Origin: Eledone cirrhosa
Taxonomy: Eukaryota
DNA: 64,000 nucleotides
Assembly: GCA_964016885.1 (NCBI GenBank)
Contig: OZ024745.1
Location: forward strand, 44,826,001-44,890,000
Direction of reading: 5' to 3'
Position numbers and translations under genes: made by a program. The notes beneath the pieces were generated by a model, which saw only the letters and a program-made list of their open reading frames with translations, had not been told where the DNA came from and made no database searches. Shown piece after piece: positions 34,024-48,117 of this stretch (within the stretch, counting starts at the first letter, position 1; each line of letters begins with the position of its first letter).

Positions 34024-34374
34024 GTATATATATATATGTATATATATATATGTATATATATATATGTATATGTATATATGTATATATGTATATGTATATA
34101 TGTATATATGTATATATATATATGTATATATATATATGTATATATGTATATATATATATATGTATATATGTATAAGTATATATGTATATATGTATATATA
34201 TATATGTATATGTATATATATATGTATATGTATATGTATATATGTATATGTATATATGTATATATATATGTATATATATATGTATATATATGTGTATATA
34301 TATGTGTATATATATATGTATATATATGTGTATATATATATGTATATATATATGTATATATATATATATATATA
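33655..34374. repeat. (TA)n/(TATG)n microsatellite
   Basis: Direct reading. Confidence 0.95.
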
Positions 34375-36398
34375 TCATCATCATCATCATCGTTTAACGT
34401 CCGTGTTCCATGCTTGCATGGGTTTGGACGGAGGGTTTCCCACTTGAGGCAAGAGTGGTTATCTTGCTCGCATAGGACTATCTGGCGGGTTTTCTACAGC
34501 TGGATGCCCTTCCTAACACCAACCACATTTACAGTGTGGGGCTGGGAGGTTTTTACCGTGTTGCCTACACGGCCACATTACAGCGTGAACTGTGTGTTTT
34601 TTTGACGTGACACCTACACGATCTCATTTGTTTCGGCCTGGATGTTGTGGCACCAACATAACTTTACATTGAAAGGGGCGGTGTGGATGGGGTGGAGGTG
34701 GTGGGACGGGGGGGGGGTGTTTTGATAGAGATGCCTACTGACTGTAGTAGGTTTTACCTTGTATTTAGGTAAGGCGGGTCTTCTCTATTACTGAGTACCG
34801 CCAAAGGTCTCGGTCCAGTGACATTGTCTTGGTGAGGTGTAAGTGTGTGAGGTCGGAATTTATCAGCTCGTCCCAGGTTTTTCTGGGTCTGCCTATTCCG
34901 TGGCTACCGTCTATCTTTATTGCCCTGCACTTTGTTATACAGCTATCGTCCTTCATGCACATCACGTGACCATACCAACGTAGCCTTCTCTCGAGTAAAC
35001 AACATCTGATCCCTCTTATTTCTAATTTTTTCCTTAGTTCGTTTATGCTTTGCCGTTCACGTATATTACTATTACACATCCAGCGGAGCATGCAAGCTTC
35101 GTTTCTCTCTAGTCTGCGTATATCCTCTGCACACAATGCCCAGGTCTCACTGCCGTGCAACATTGCTGTTCGTATGCAGGCATCGTACAACCTGCCTTTC
35201 ATTTTTAGGGAGAACCCTTTAGCGGCTAATAGTGGTATGAGCTCTCTGAACTTTTTCTACCCAGTTCTGACTCTAGCTACTGTACTTTCAGTGCACCCTC
35301 CCCCACTGCTGATTTTGTCACCCAGGTAACGGAAGCTGTCCACTATTTCTATAGAACCCTCTGCGCAGTTGAAAGAGCTAGTATTTTTGGGGCACTTGCT
35401 GCTACTTATTGCCCCAGAACACCGGCCACATGTAAAATCTATGTTCTTAGTTAGCTTACCTGTGATCCCACTACATCTTTTATGTACCCAAACTTTGCAT
35501 TTGGGACACAAAATGGAGTTTCTACCTACGCCTTTCCTACACTCTGAGCATGGCCACTTCCCAGAGGGGACCGCCGCCTTATTTTCTTTCTTACAAACTA
35601 GAACTTTAGTCTTAGCCAGGTTAATTTTAAGGCCTTTTGATTCTAGGCCGTGCTTCCATGTTTGGAATTTCTTCTCTAGCTCGGCCATCGTTTCAGCTAT
35701 GAGCGTTAGATCATCTGCGTATAGGAGTTCCCATGGGCAGCCGGTCTTGAACTCCACTGTTATAGCCTGGAGGGCAATAATAAATAGTAGGGGGCTAAGA
35801 ACAGAGCCCTGATGAACACCAACTTTTACACTAAACTCTTCACTATATTCGTTGTTAATTCTAACCTTGCTGACTGTTTCTTTATACATGGCTTGTATAG
35901 CTCTCACAAGCCATTCATCAACACCTAGTTTTCTAAGAGCCCACCAGATAATGGAACGGGGGACTCTGTCGAAGGCTTTCTCCAAGTCGATGAAAGCTAA
36001 GTATAGGGGTTTACTTTTATCTAGGTACTTCTCCTGTAGTTGTCGTACAATGAAAAGAGCGTCTGTGGTACTTTTTCCTGACACAAACCCGAACTGCATT
36101 TTATCTAGATCAATTCGCTCTCTGATTTGTTGCGCTATTACTTTCTCTGTGACCTTCATGACCTGGTCGATTAATTTAATGCCTCTATAGTTACTCCTAT
36201 CTAGGGCATCTCCTTTACCCTTATAACAGTTAACGATGATGCTGCTACGCCAGTCCTTCGGAACAGCCCCATTCTGTATGACTTGGTTGACTATCCGGGT
36301 GACCATGGTGTGTCCCACCTTACCAGATGCCTTCAGCATCTCGGCAACTATTTCCGAAGGCCCAGCCGCCTTACCCGTCTTCATATCTTTGATTGCCT
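34375..36398 (-). mobile_element. RTE-clade LINE (RTE1), 5'-truncated: RT ORF with one in-frame stop, ~390-bp 3' UTR, (GAT)n tail
   Basis: ORF 35257-36384 has [38 protein letters not shown] and FRYLG. It continues in frame after a TGG>TAG at 35257-35259 into 34765-35202 (GSETWA, RLRWYGHV, GRPRKTW). Confidence 0.95.
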
Positions 36399-36410
36399 TA
36401 TGTATATATG

Positions 36411-36441
<31 letters not shown>

Positions 36442-36448
36442 GTATATG

Positions 36449-36479
<31 letters not shown>

Positions 36480-36492
36480 GTATATGTATATG

Positions 36493-36523
<31 letters not shown>

Positions 36524-36676
36524 GTATATATATATGTATATATATATATATGTGTATATATATATGTATATATATATATATGTGTATATATATATGTATA
36601 TATATATATATGTGTATATATATATGTATATATATGTATATATATATGTATATATATATGTATATATATATGTATA

Positions 36677-36712
<36 letters not shown>

Positions 36713-36776
36713 TGTATGTATGTATATATGTATGTATGTATATATGTATGTATATATATGTGTATGTATATATGTA

Positions 36777-36812
<36 letters not shown>

Positions 36813-36836
36813 TATATATATATATGTATATATGTA

Positions 36837-36904
<68 letters not shown>

Positions 36905-37746
36905 TATATATATATATGTATGTATATATATATATATGTATATATGTATGTATATATATATATATATATGTATGTATATATATATGTATATATATATGTA
37001 TGTTTATATATATGTATGTATATATGTATGTATATATGTACGTATATATGTATGTATATATGTATGTATGTATGTATGTATATATGTATGTATGTATATA
37101 TGTATGTATATATATATGTATGTATGTATATATGTATGTATATATATATGTATGTATATATATATGTATGTATATATATATGTATGTATATATATATGTA
37201 TGTATATATATATGTATGTATATATATATGTATATATATATGTATGTATATATGTATGTATATATATATATATATGTATGTATATATATATGTATATATA
37301 TATGTATGTATATATATATGTATATATATATGTATATATATATGTATGTATATATGTATGTATATATATATGTATGTTTATATATATGTATGTTTATATA
37401 TATGTATGTATATATGTATGTATATATGTATGTATATATGTATGTATATATGTATGTATATATGTATGTATATATGTATGTATATGTGTATGTATATGTA
37501 TGTATATATGTATGTATATATGTATGTATATATATATGTATATATATATGTATATATATATGTATATATATATGTATATATATATGTATATATATGTATA
37601 TATATATGTATATATATATGTATATATATATGTATATATATATATGTATATATATATATGTATATATATGTATATATATGTATATATATATGTATATATA
37701 TATGTGTATATATATATGTATATATATATATATATGTATATATATA
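36399..37746. repeat. (TA)n/(TATG)n microsatellite
   Basis: Direct reading. Confidence 0.95.
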
Positions 37747-38692
37747 ATAAAAAATTGAACAGGGACAGAACAGAGAGGCAGTACGACAAATGTTTATTAG
37801 CTTCACGCTCAGGAGAGTGGGGGGTAGGTGGAAGACGACGTTTCGGGCATAAGCCCTTCTTCGGGTAAGAGTTCAAAAGGTGTGTAGGGGAGTGGTGGAG
37901 AGACATATAGCGAAAGGAAACGGTGCGAATGAAAAATTAACAAATAAAGACAAAATTATAATAAATAAAAATAAAGCATGATCAAAATACAAGGAATGAG
38001 AACATTTAAAAATAAAGGCATGATCAAAATAAACTGAAATTAAAAGGGGGGTAAACAGGTGGTGGAAGGGTGTGGGGTGAGTAGAGGTGGAGGCGGGTGG
38101 AGTGGGGAGAGGGAGACGGGGTGTCCGAGCGGGGAGGGCTGAAGGTGGTGTGTGTGGTTAGGTGTGCGTGTGTGTGTGTGTGTGTGTATGTGAAAGTGAG
38201 GGTTGGGGGAAGAACGGGGTTGCATGTTCAGGAAGGTGTGTGTGGGGGGTGTTTTTGTGTGTCGGAGGGTCTGTGCGTGTGTGGATAGGGGGTGGGGGGA
38301 GAGGAATCAGGGGGCTGAGGGTGTAAATATGTGGTGGGAAGCACGTGTGTGTGGTTTAAGCGTGTTGTGGGTGTGGGTGGCGTGTGGATAAAAAAATTTG
38401 TTTTGGGATGTGTGTGTGGGTGAGTTATATAGGTGATGGTGTTAGAGGATGGTTGAAAAGTGGTAAGTTACACGGATGTATGGAGATTTTGGTTGGAAGT
38501 CAAAACGCGTGTGGGTAATCCAAGAAGCGGTGGTCGGAAGAGGAGAGATGTGGGGTGCGCGCGCAACAGGAAGTGGTCAGCAGTGGAAGTGCTGTGGTCA
38601 GTGGGTGCTGAGACAGTGGTCGGAAGGGCATAGCAGCAGTCAGCGGAATGGTAGGGAGGCGAGGATGGGTAGGTGTGAGAGTTGGAGTGAAG

Positions 38693-38753
<61 letters not shown>

Positions 38754-39358
38754 TAGTAGGGGTGTTAGTGGGATGAGTGAGTGTGGAGTGGGGAGAGAAG
38801 GGTGTGTGTGGTTCTATGGAGGGAGTGTGGTGTACTGGTATGTGTAGTTTGGTGAGGAGGTGTTAGTGGGTGTTAGTAGACGGGAGGTGGGGAGGGGTGG
38901 AATGTAGGTGTGAGTGGGGGTTAGTGGGGGTAGGGTGTGTAGAGTTGGTGGTGTACGAGGGTGTGTGGGTACGTGTGCGTGGGGTTGGAGGGTGTTAGTG
39001 ATGTTAGTTGCGTGTGGGGTGGGTGGTGTAAGTGTGTGCGTGTGATAAGGAGGGGGGAGGAGGAGAAGAGGGGAGGGAAGGGATGTTAGTTGGGGAAGGG
39101 TGGTTAGATGAGGGGTGGAGTGGGGGTGTTAGTATTGTTAGTGTGGGGTGGGCGGTGAAAAGGAGGGGTGTGTTAGTGGTGTTAGTGGGGGATAAGTGGG
39201 GGAGGGGGGCGGTCGAACGCTAAAGGAATAAGGGTGGGGAGTTCGGGTGGGGTGTGGGTCTGTAAGATGAAGATAGTACGTTGTTCGACCGTGAGGCGAT
39301 GGGCGGGTGTTCCGTGGCACTGGAGTAGGCCACAGACTGTGAGATGGTGTGCGGAGTG
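37747..39358 (-). mobile_element. Penelope-like element 3' fragment PLE2 (Neptune-like endonuclease C-terminus, C/A-rich 3' region)
   Basis: 39240-39358 (-) translates HSAHHLTVCGLLQCHGTPAHRLTVEQRTIFILQTHTP, resembling the HS..L...GL..C.....R...EQ..IF.L.T..P motif. HHR-like motif at 37830-37870 followed by AATAAA; (TA)n on both sides. Confidence 0.65.
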
Positions 39359-39384
39359 TATATGTATATATATATATATATATT

Positions 39385-39550
39385 AGAAAATATATAGCTT
39401 TCACCGTATTTTTGACTAAAGGAATTTTAGCCTGATAATGGGGTTTAGAACCCTCAGATAAATGGAAAAAGATGAGTATTGACTTACATGGGAGTCGAAC
39501 CCACATCTTTGGTTATCGCGACCACTGTGCTACCATTACACCAACACATC
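39385..39550 (-). mobile_element. tRNA-derived SINE head or tRNA pseudogene
   Basis: Minus strand TGGTGTAATGGTAGC (A box) and GTGGG-TTCGACT-CCCAT (T arm, B box). The acceptor stem and anticodon loop are non-canonical. Confidence 0.6.
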
Positions 39551-40057
39551 ACCCATGTTTTCTACTATAGCCTCATGTTGATCAATGTGGTGTGAATGGA
39601 ATTCGGTCAATGGAAATTCAGAAACCCATCGTGTATTGGACCAATGTGAAATAAAGTGTCTTGCTCAAGGACACAATGCATTGCCCAGTTCAGGAACTCT
39701 CAACCACATGATTCTGAATCCAAGGCTCTAACCTTTAAGCCACTAAGATTGTTTCAAACTATGTTGTACCATAATGGGATGGTAACCTCTGAGTACTCTA
39801 GTGGTCAGCATGAAGTGAAGTTGTGTTTTTGTACATATCCTAGTTTGATTGTTTTCTAAGATATTGCTGTTAAAATATTGTTCTCAAAATAAATAACATC
39901 AAAATCTCATAGATTCGATATTATGTGGGATAATTATGTAAGATAAAGCCTTTACCGTGAAAATATAATAGTAAATATAGAGTAATGTAAATGCTAAAGG
40001 GTTAAGTAAAAGTACACACGAACACTGAATTGAAGATAACGAGTTTAGCTTTGTAAA

Positions 40058-40204
40058 ATAATTGTTTCTACTTTTGGCACAAGGCCAGTAATTACCCAGT
40101 ACATTACTGGTACTTTATTTTATCGACCCCGTAAGGATGAAAGGCAAAGTTAACCTCGGCGGGATTTGAACTCAGATCGTAAAGGGACGTAACTATGCTG
40201 GAAA
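40058..40204 (-). mobile_element. SINE family A, 5'-truncated
   Basis: Reverse complement of 8820-8969. Confidence 0.85.
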
Positions 40205-41449
40205 GTGAAATACAGTGTTCTGAATGTTTCTGTATAGGATACATACTTTGACAGAAGTTTAGTTATAATATTGATCTACTATTGTTGTTGATGTTTAGCC
40301 ACATATCTATCTTGACTGAGCAGACCTATGGATCAGAGATGTTCCTGCCATAATCACCCATTTTTTTAAGGGGTTCTAGGACGACATTATCTAATGTATC
40401 TTTTACTTATTTAAGACAGTAGCATGAGATTTGATGGAGTGTTGGATTCTACTTTTACCAAGTTAATCAACAACATAGAAGCCTTCTTGTTGGTTTATGC
40501 CAACATTAATCCACATTAGTTTTAAGCTGTTGAAAATTAACCATTCTTTCGCTAAATTGGAATCTATCATCAACAGAGCAGCATTACATTTGTATTAATG
40601 TAAATAGCTAAAATCAAATTAGTGTTTGGTAGATTCTCTTAATGTTTGTAGCATAGCCAAATATTTCTGTGTTTATTTTTTTAAGGAAGTTATTCAGAGG
40701 TAGAAGGGTAATACCCATGACCTTTGCAGGTTGGTGATATTGATGCAAGCAAGGAGAGCCATTGACTGTGTGTGACCGTTGACCTTTGCAGGCCTTCTCA
40801 GATTGATGCAGCTGATGCTCATCTTTAACACTGCTGCAGGAGAATGTGAACTGGGAGGGAGGAAGGGAAGGATGGAACCAGTAGTGTGGTCAGAATGCTT
40901 GCAACAGAGTGAGATCTATTAAAGTCACTCGAGGACTATATTATGGTATATGTTAAACAGGATGTTTTGTTAGGCTTACCATTCAGACAAATGATGGTAG
41001 TATTTATGTTGTTGAAGAAAGTAATAACTTAAGCACAATTCAAGAAGCAAATACATTATGTCATACATACTACCTGTAATATCTTCATAGATAGATAAGA
41101 TTAGGAATAGCAATATCTAGTTTTTTTAGGTGAAGGAAGTTGAAAGCTTCCTAATGAAAACATAAAGCAGATGGGTTAGCTATGTAGTGCATATGGATAG
41201 TGTTAGAAATCTAACTACATTCTGTACAATGAGGAAAATGGCTGTTGATTCATACTGGAAGGGTCTGTTATTTTAAAGACAAACTAATAGGAAACTTGAA
41301 CCCAATGCAGGTGTATGTTAGGTCGTATGGTTAATTTCAACTTTGAGACATGTTTGGTTCATAACTGAAAAGGTGAGACCAACAATATTAAGAGGAAGTA
41401 TAATGCAATGGTAAAATGTTCCACAGTGATTGTTGGAACATCAGTGTCA

Positions 41450-44400
41450 CACTACATTCCATACAATATTTCAATACACTACAACCCACACGATACTTCA
41501 CTATATGACAGTGTAGTACTGTACACTACAACCCACACAATACTTCATTATATGACAGTGTAGTACTGTACACTACATCCCATACAATACTTCACTATAT
41601 GACAGTGTAGTACTGTACACTACATCCCATACAATACATCACTATATGACAGTGTAGTACTGTACACTACATCCCATACAATACATCACTATACGACATT
41701 GTGGTACTGTACACTACAACCCACACGATACATCACTATATGACAGTGTAGTACTGTACACTACATCCCATACAATACTTCACTATATGACAGTGTAGTA
41801 CTGTACACTACATCCCATATAATACATCACTATATGACAGTGTGGTACTGTACACTACATCCTATACAATACTTCACTATATGACAGTGTAGTACTGTAC
41901 ACTATATCCCATACAATACATCACTATATGACAGTGTAGTACTGTACACTACATCCCATACAATACATCACTATATGACAGTGTAGTACTGTACACTACA
42001 TCCCATACAATACATCACTATATGACAGTGTAGTACTGTACACTACATCCCATACAATACATCACTATACGACATTGTGGTACTGTACACTACAACCCAC
42101 ACGATACATCACTATATGACAGTGTAGTACTGTACACTACATCCCATACAATACTTCACTATATGACAGTGTAGTACTGTACACTAAATCCCATACAATA
42201 CATCACTATACGACATTGTGGTACTGTACACTACAACCCACACGATACATCACTATATGACAGTGTAGTACTGTACACTACATCCCATACAATACATCAC
42301 TATATGACAGTGTGGTACTGTACACTACATCCTATACAATACTTCACTATATGACAGTGTACTACTGTACACTATATCCCATACAATACATCACTATATG
42401 ACAGTGTAGTACTGTACACTACATCCCATACAATACATCACTATATGACAGTGTAGTACTGTACACTACATCCCATACAATACATCACTATATGACAGTG
42501 TAGTACTGTACACTACATCCCATACAATACATCACTATATGACAGTGTAGTACTGTACACTACATCCCATACAATACTTCACTATATGACAGTGTAGTAC
42601 TGTACACTACATCCCATACAATACATCACTATATGACAGTGTAGTACTGTACACTACATCCTATACAATACTTCACTATATGACAGTGTAGTACTGTACA
42701 CTACAACCCACACAATACTTCACTATATGACAGTGTAGTACTGTACACTACATCCTATACAATACATCACTATATGACAGTGTAGTACTGTACACTACAA
42801 CCCACACGATACTTCACTATATGACAGTGTAGTACTGTACACTACAACCCACACAATACTTCACTATATGGCAGTGTGGTACTGTACACTACATCCCATA
42901 TAATACATCACTATATGACAGTGTGGTACTGTACACTACATCCTATACAATACTTCACTATATGACAGTGTAGTACTGTACACTACATCCCATACAATAC
43001 ATCACTATATGACAGTGTAGTACTGTACACTACATCCCATACAATACATCACTATATGACAGTGTAGTACTGTACACTACATCCCATACAATACTTCACT
43101 ATATGACAGTGTGGTACTGTACACTACATCCCATACAATACATCACTATATGACAGTGTAGTACTGTACACTACATCCCATACAATACATCACTATATGA
43201 CAGTGTAGTACTGTACACTACATCCTATACAATACATCACTATATGACAGTGTAGTACTGTACACTACAACCCACACAATACTTCACTATATGACAGTGC
43301 AGTACTGTACACTACAACCCACACGATACTTCACTATATGACAGTGTAGTACTGTACACTACAACCCACACAATACTTCACTATATGACAGTGTAGTACT
43401 GTACACTACATCCCATACAATACATCACTATATGACAGTGTAGTACTGTACACTACATCCCATACAATACATCACTATATGACATTGTGGTACTGTACAC
43501 TACAACCCACACGATACATCACTATATGACAGTGTAGTACTGTACACTACATCCCATACAATACTTCACTATATGACAGTGTAGTACTGTACACTACATC
43601 CCATATAATACATCACTATATGACAGTGTGGTACTGTACACTACATCCTATACAATACTTCACTATATGACAGTGTAGTACTGTACACTACATCCCATAC
43701 AATACATCACTATATGACAGTGTAGTACTTTACACTACATCCCATACAATACATCACTATATGACAGTGTAGTACTGTACACTACATCCCATACAATACA
43801 TCACTATATGACAGTGTAGTACTGTACACTACATCCCATACAATACATCACTATATGACAGTGTAGTACTGTACACTACATCCCATACAATACTTCACTA
43901 TATGACAGTGTAGTACTGTACACTACATCCCATACAATACATCACTATATGACAGTGTAGTACTGTACGCTACATCCTATACAATACTTCACTATATGAC
44001 AGTGTAGTACTGTACACTACAACCCACACAATACTTCACTATATGACAGTGTAGTACTGTACACTACATCCCATACAATACATCACTATATGACAGTGTA
44101 GTACTGTACACTACATCCCATACAATACATCACTATATGACAGTGTAGTACTGTACACTACATCCCATACAATACTTCACTATATGACAGTGTGGTACTG
44201 TACACTACATCCCATACAATACATCACTATATGACAGTGTAGTACTGTACACTACATCCCATACAATACTTCACTATATGACAGTGTAGTACTGTACACT
44301 ACATCCCATACAATACTTCACTATATGACAGTGTGGTACTGTACACTACATCCCATACAATACTTCACTATATGACAGTGTGGTACTGTACACTACATCC

Positions 44401-45116
44401 CATACAATACTTCACTATATGACAGTGTAGTACTGTACACTACATCCTATACAATACATCACTATATGACAGTGTAGTACTGTACACTACAACCCACACG
44501 ATACTTCACTATATGACAGTGTAGTACTGTACACTACAACCCACACAATACTTCACTATATGGCAGTGTGGTACTGTACACTACATCCCATACAATACAT
44601 CACTATATGACAGTGTAGTACTGTACACTACATCCCATACAATACATCACTATATGACAGTGTAGTACTGTACACTACATCCCATACAATACATCACTAT
44701 ATGACAGTGTAGTACTGTACACTACATCCTATACAATACATCACTATATGACAGTGTAGTACTGTGCACTACAACCCACACGATACTTCACTATATGACA
44801 GTGTAGTACTGTACACTACATCCCATACAATACTTCACTATATGACAGTGTAGTACTGTACACTACATCCCATATAATACATCACTATATGACAGTGTGG
44901 TACTGTACACTACATCCTATACAATACTTCACTATATGACAGTGTAGTACTGTACACTACATCCCATACAATACATCACTATATGACAGTGTAGTACTGT
45001 ACACTACATCCCATACAATACATCACTATATGACAGTGTAGTACTGTACACTACATCCCATACAATACATCACTATATGACAGTGTAGTACTGTACACTA
45101 CATCCCATACAATACA
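41450..45116. repeat. 47-bp tandem satellite, ~77 copies
   Basis: Unit CACTACATCCCATACAATAC(A/T)TCACTATATGACAGTGTAGTACTGTA, period 47 (41581 to 41628). Confidence 0.97.
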
Positions 45117-45299
45117 GCAATACACAGCAAAGTGTGTAGTACTTTTCTCCATGAGACTGAAACCTGGCATGGCTGATCAAGTGAATGTGAGGGTCATACC
45201 TCATCATCTGGTTAACTATTAGCATGCCATCACACTGCTCAATCAGCACCAGCCTGGAGCTATATAACGATGTACACTTACTATATTTGATATATATAT

Positions 45300-46701
45300 A
45301 TCATCATCATCATACGTCCGCTCTTCCCTGCTTGCAAGGGTGGGAGAGGTCTTGTTCAGCACAGCATCTCTCCACTCGTCACGGTCCTTCGTCATCTCCG
45401 CCGTGAGCTTGAACAATCTGAGGTCTGTTCTCACCACCTCCACCCATGTTTTTCGTGGTCTACCTCTACCACGTCTTCCTTCAACTGGCATTTCCTGGCA
45501 CTTCTTCACCCATCGGTCATCCTCCATGCGCATCACATGTACATACCACCTCAGTCTACTCTCCCGTGCACTACATTCTATCCCTCTCGGACACAGTTTC
45601 TCTCTCAACACATTCATGCTGGGTCCTTCACGCACATTTACACTGCACATCCAACGGAGCATGCTTGCCTCATTTCTCTCCACCCGTCGCATATCCTCTG
45701 CAGTTGCTGCCCATGTCTCACTACCATGCAGCATCGTGCTCCTCACACAGGCATCATACAACCGGCCTTTCGTACGCAGGGAGAAACCCTTCTTTGTCAG
45801 CAGAGGAAGCAGCTCCCTAAACTTCTTCCAACCCATCCTTATTCTAGATACTATGGTCTCGGAACATCCCCTCCCATGCTAATCTGATCTCCTAGGTACC
45901 GGAAGCTATCCACCAATTCTATAGCACCCTCCTGCATTTGAAAAATGTGTCTATCAATGCGACTTCTACTGTCTAATTTCCCTGTACATCTACTACATAC
46001 ATATTTCTCCCTACCTGTTAGTTTGCCTGCTATCCTGCTACATCTCTTGTGTACCCAGGATCTGCATTGTGTGCATTTTATAGAATTTATGCCAGTTCCT
46101 TTTCTGCATATCGAACATGGCCATTTCCCTGACGGAATCAGAGTTTTGTCCTCTTTTCTACTCATCAACACTCTTGTCTTAGCTAGGTTCACTCTCAGTC
46201 CTCTTGCTTCCAACTGCTGTTTCCATAGCCAGAATTTATTCTCTAACTCCTCTACTGATTCTGCTATAAGAACCAGATCGTCAGCATAGAGAAGTTCCCA
46301 TGGACAGCCAGTCTTAAACTCCTCTGTTATGGCTTGGAGGACTATAATGAACAAGAGCGGGCTGAAGACCGAACCATGATGTACTCCTACTTGTATCTGG
46401 AATTCCTCACTAAACTCCATTCCTACCCTGACTTTACTGACAGTATCTCTGTACAAAGTTTGCCCTGTCTTCACAAGCCATTCCTCAACACCTAGCTTCC
46501 TTAGGGACCACCAGATGACAGATCGGGGTAGCCTATCAAAGGCCTTCTCTAGGTCAACAAAGGCTAAGTATAGTGGCTTATTTTTCTCTAAGAACCTCTC
46601 TTGCAATTGTCTCACCAAGAAGAAGGCATCTGCATCTCATCTAGTTTGACCCTTTCTCTAATTAGTTGTGCTAATATTCTTTCTGCCACTTTCATAACCT
46701 C
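45300..46701 (-). mobile_element. RTE-clade LINE (RTE2), 5'-truncated, frameshifted, inserted in (TA)n
   Basis: ORFs 45851-46618 (FVDLEKAFD, LLYADD, FRYLG) and 45243-45836 (GSETWA, GRPRKTW) with a frameshift near 45870; (GAT)n tail at 45300-45313. Confidence 0.95.
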
Positions 46702-46715
46702 ATATATATATATAT

Positions 46716-46813
46716 ATAATAAAGAGTTGGGACTCGATGGCTGAGCTCTTGCCGTTTCAACAGCTGGTGCCAGCTGTTGAAACAGCAAGAGTTGGGTCCC
46801 GACTCTTTATTAT
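46716..46813. repeat. Fold-back palindrome P1 carrying the 3' half of an HHR (family Y)
   Basis: ATAATAAAGAGTTGGGAC...TTTCAACAGCTGG tg CCAGCTGTTGAAA...GTCCCGACTCTTTATTAT; the right arm has a short deletion. Confidence 0.85.
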
Positions 46814-47239
46814 TATATATAGCCATACTCTACTACCCCAAGTATTGAGTACTCTGTTGAGTAAAGGTGTAACTAGTTTTAAACTGGTTCTATCCTGATT
46901 TAAACAAACAAACAAACATACATATACGGTGGGTTGTGTATACAATGTAATTGCATGTAGTGTCTGGTTGTGTTATGTAAGTGTGGGGTGAGCTAGATGT
47001 GAGCTATAGAGAGCTGGAGGGAGGAGGAAGAGATCGTATTTGGAACAAAAGTTTGTGATAAAGCTTGTTAAAACAGTAAGCATTTTGTGTTTTTATGTTT
47101 TATTGTTTGTTAGGATAAAATAAAATGAAAAGGAGTGAAAAAGAATTATATATATATAAATATATATTAGAATTGGTGCTCTGAAATAGCGATATATATA
47201 TGAATGTATATATAGTGTATTTTGTAATACACTGTAAGC

Positions 47240-47395
47240 TTAATTAAAACCATTTCGAAGACCTTACGCTATTGTTTTAGAGTAGTGACTGTCTCACTTA
47301 CTTTAAATTTTCAGCAATTGCTGAAAATTTAAAGTAAGTGAGACTGTCACTACTCTAAAACAATAGCGTAAGGTCTTCGAAATGGTTTTAATTAA
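47240..47395. repeat. Palindrome P2, 78-bp arms with no spacer (family Z)
   Basis: Centre CAGCAA|TTGCTG at 47317/47318; one internal mismatch. Confidence 0.95.
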
Positions 47396-47674
47396 TCTTA
47401 TAGTATAAATATATATATATATATATATATGTGTAATGTTGACGGATGCGAGAATGAGTATTCAATACCGAAGTAGAGTTTAAATATTGGCTACACAGGT
47501 GAAACTCCAGAGTAACAAGGCTTATCACTTAGCCATAATAAAGAATATATATTTGGACGTGTGTCTACATGTGAGAACACGTATCAAGAACGAACGCTAT
47601 TCGATCATTCCTCAAGCTGATTAGCAATGAAACATGTAATATGTAATTAAATATGTATATGATTCTTTGTTCTC

Positions 47675-47730
<56 letters not shown>

Positions 47731-47734
<4 letters not shown>

Positions 47735-47867
47735 AACAAGTAAGACCCCGACGGCTGAGCTCAAGCCGTTTCGACGGCTAATTCTGTACTGAATGAAAAT
47801 TTCATTCAGTACAGAATTAGTCGTCGAAACGGCTTGAGCTCAGCCATCGGGGTCTTACTTGTTCCTA
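47731..47867. repeat. Palindrome P3, 68-bp arms with a 1-nt spacer, carrying the 3' half of an HHR (family Y)
   Basis: Centre GAATGAAA a TTTCATTC at 47799; the left arm on the minus strand reads GAAA-cggct-tgagctc-agccg-TC. Confidence 0.95.
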
Positions 47868-48117
47868 TTACCCACTCTACTACCCTAAGTATTGAGTACT
47901 TTGGTGCGTTATGGTCCACCTGGTTCCTTACCACATTTCCTTCGTTATATATATATATATAAATTAGAATTGGTGCTCTGAAATAGCTATATATATATGA
48001 ATGTATATATAGTGTATTTTGCAATACACTATATATTGCATTTCGAAGACCTTATGCTATTGTTTTAGAGTAGTGACAGACTGACTTACTTTAATTTTCA
48101 GCAAACAGGGGAGATAA

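Noticed and set aside
39481-39550. Functional tRNA gene
   Set aside because: The acceptor stem does not pair and U33 is absent; treated as a SINE head or pseudogene.
47617-47638. CTGATTA-gcaat-GAAA-catg-TA hammerhead-like motif in the 47431-47676 island
   Set aside because: G8 is lost without compensation and there is no stem II or stem I; at most a decayed remnant.
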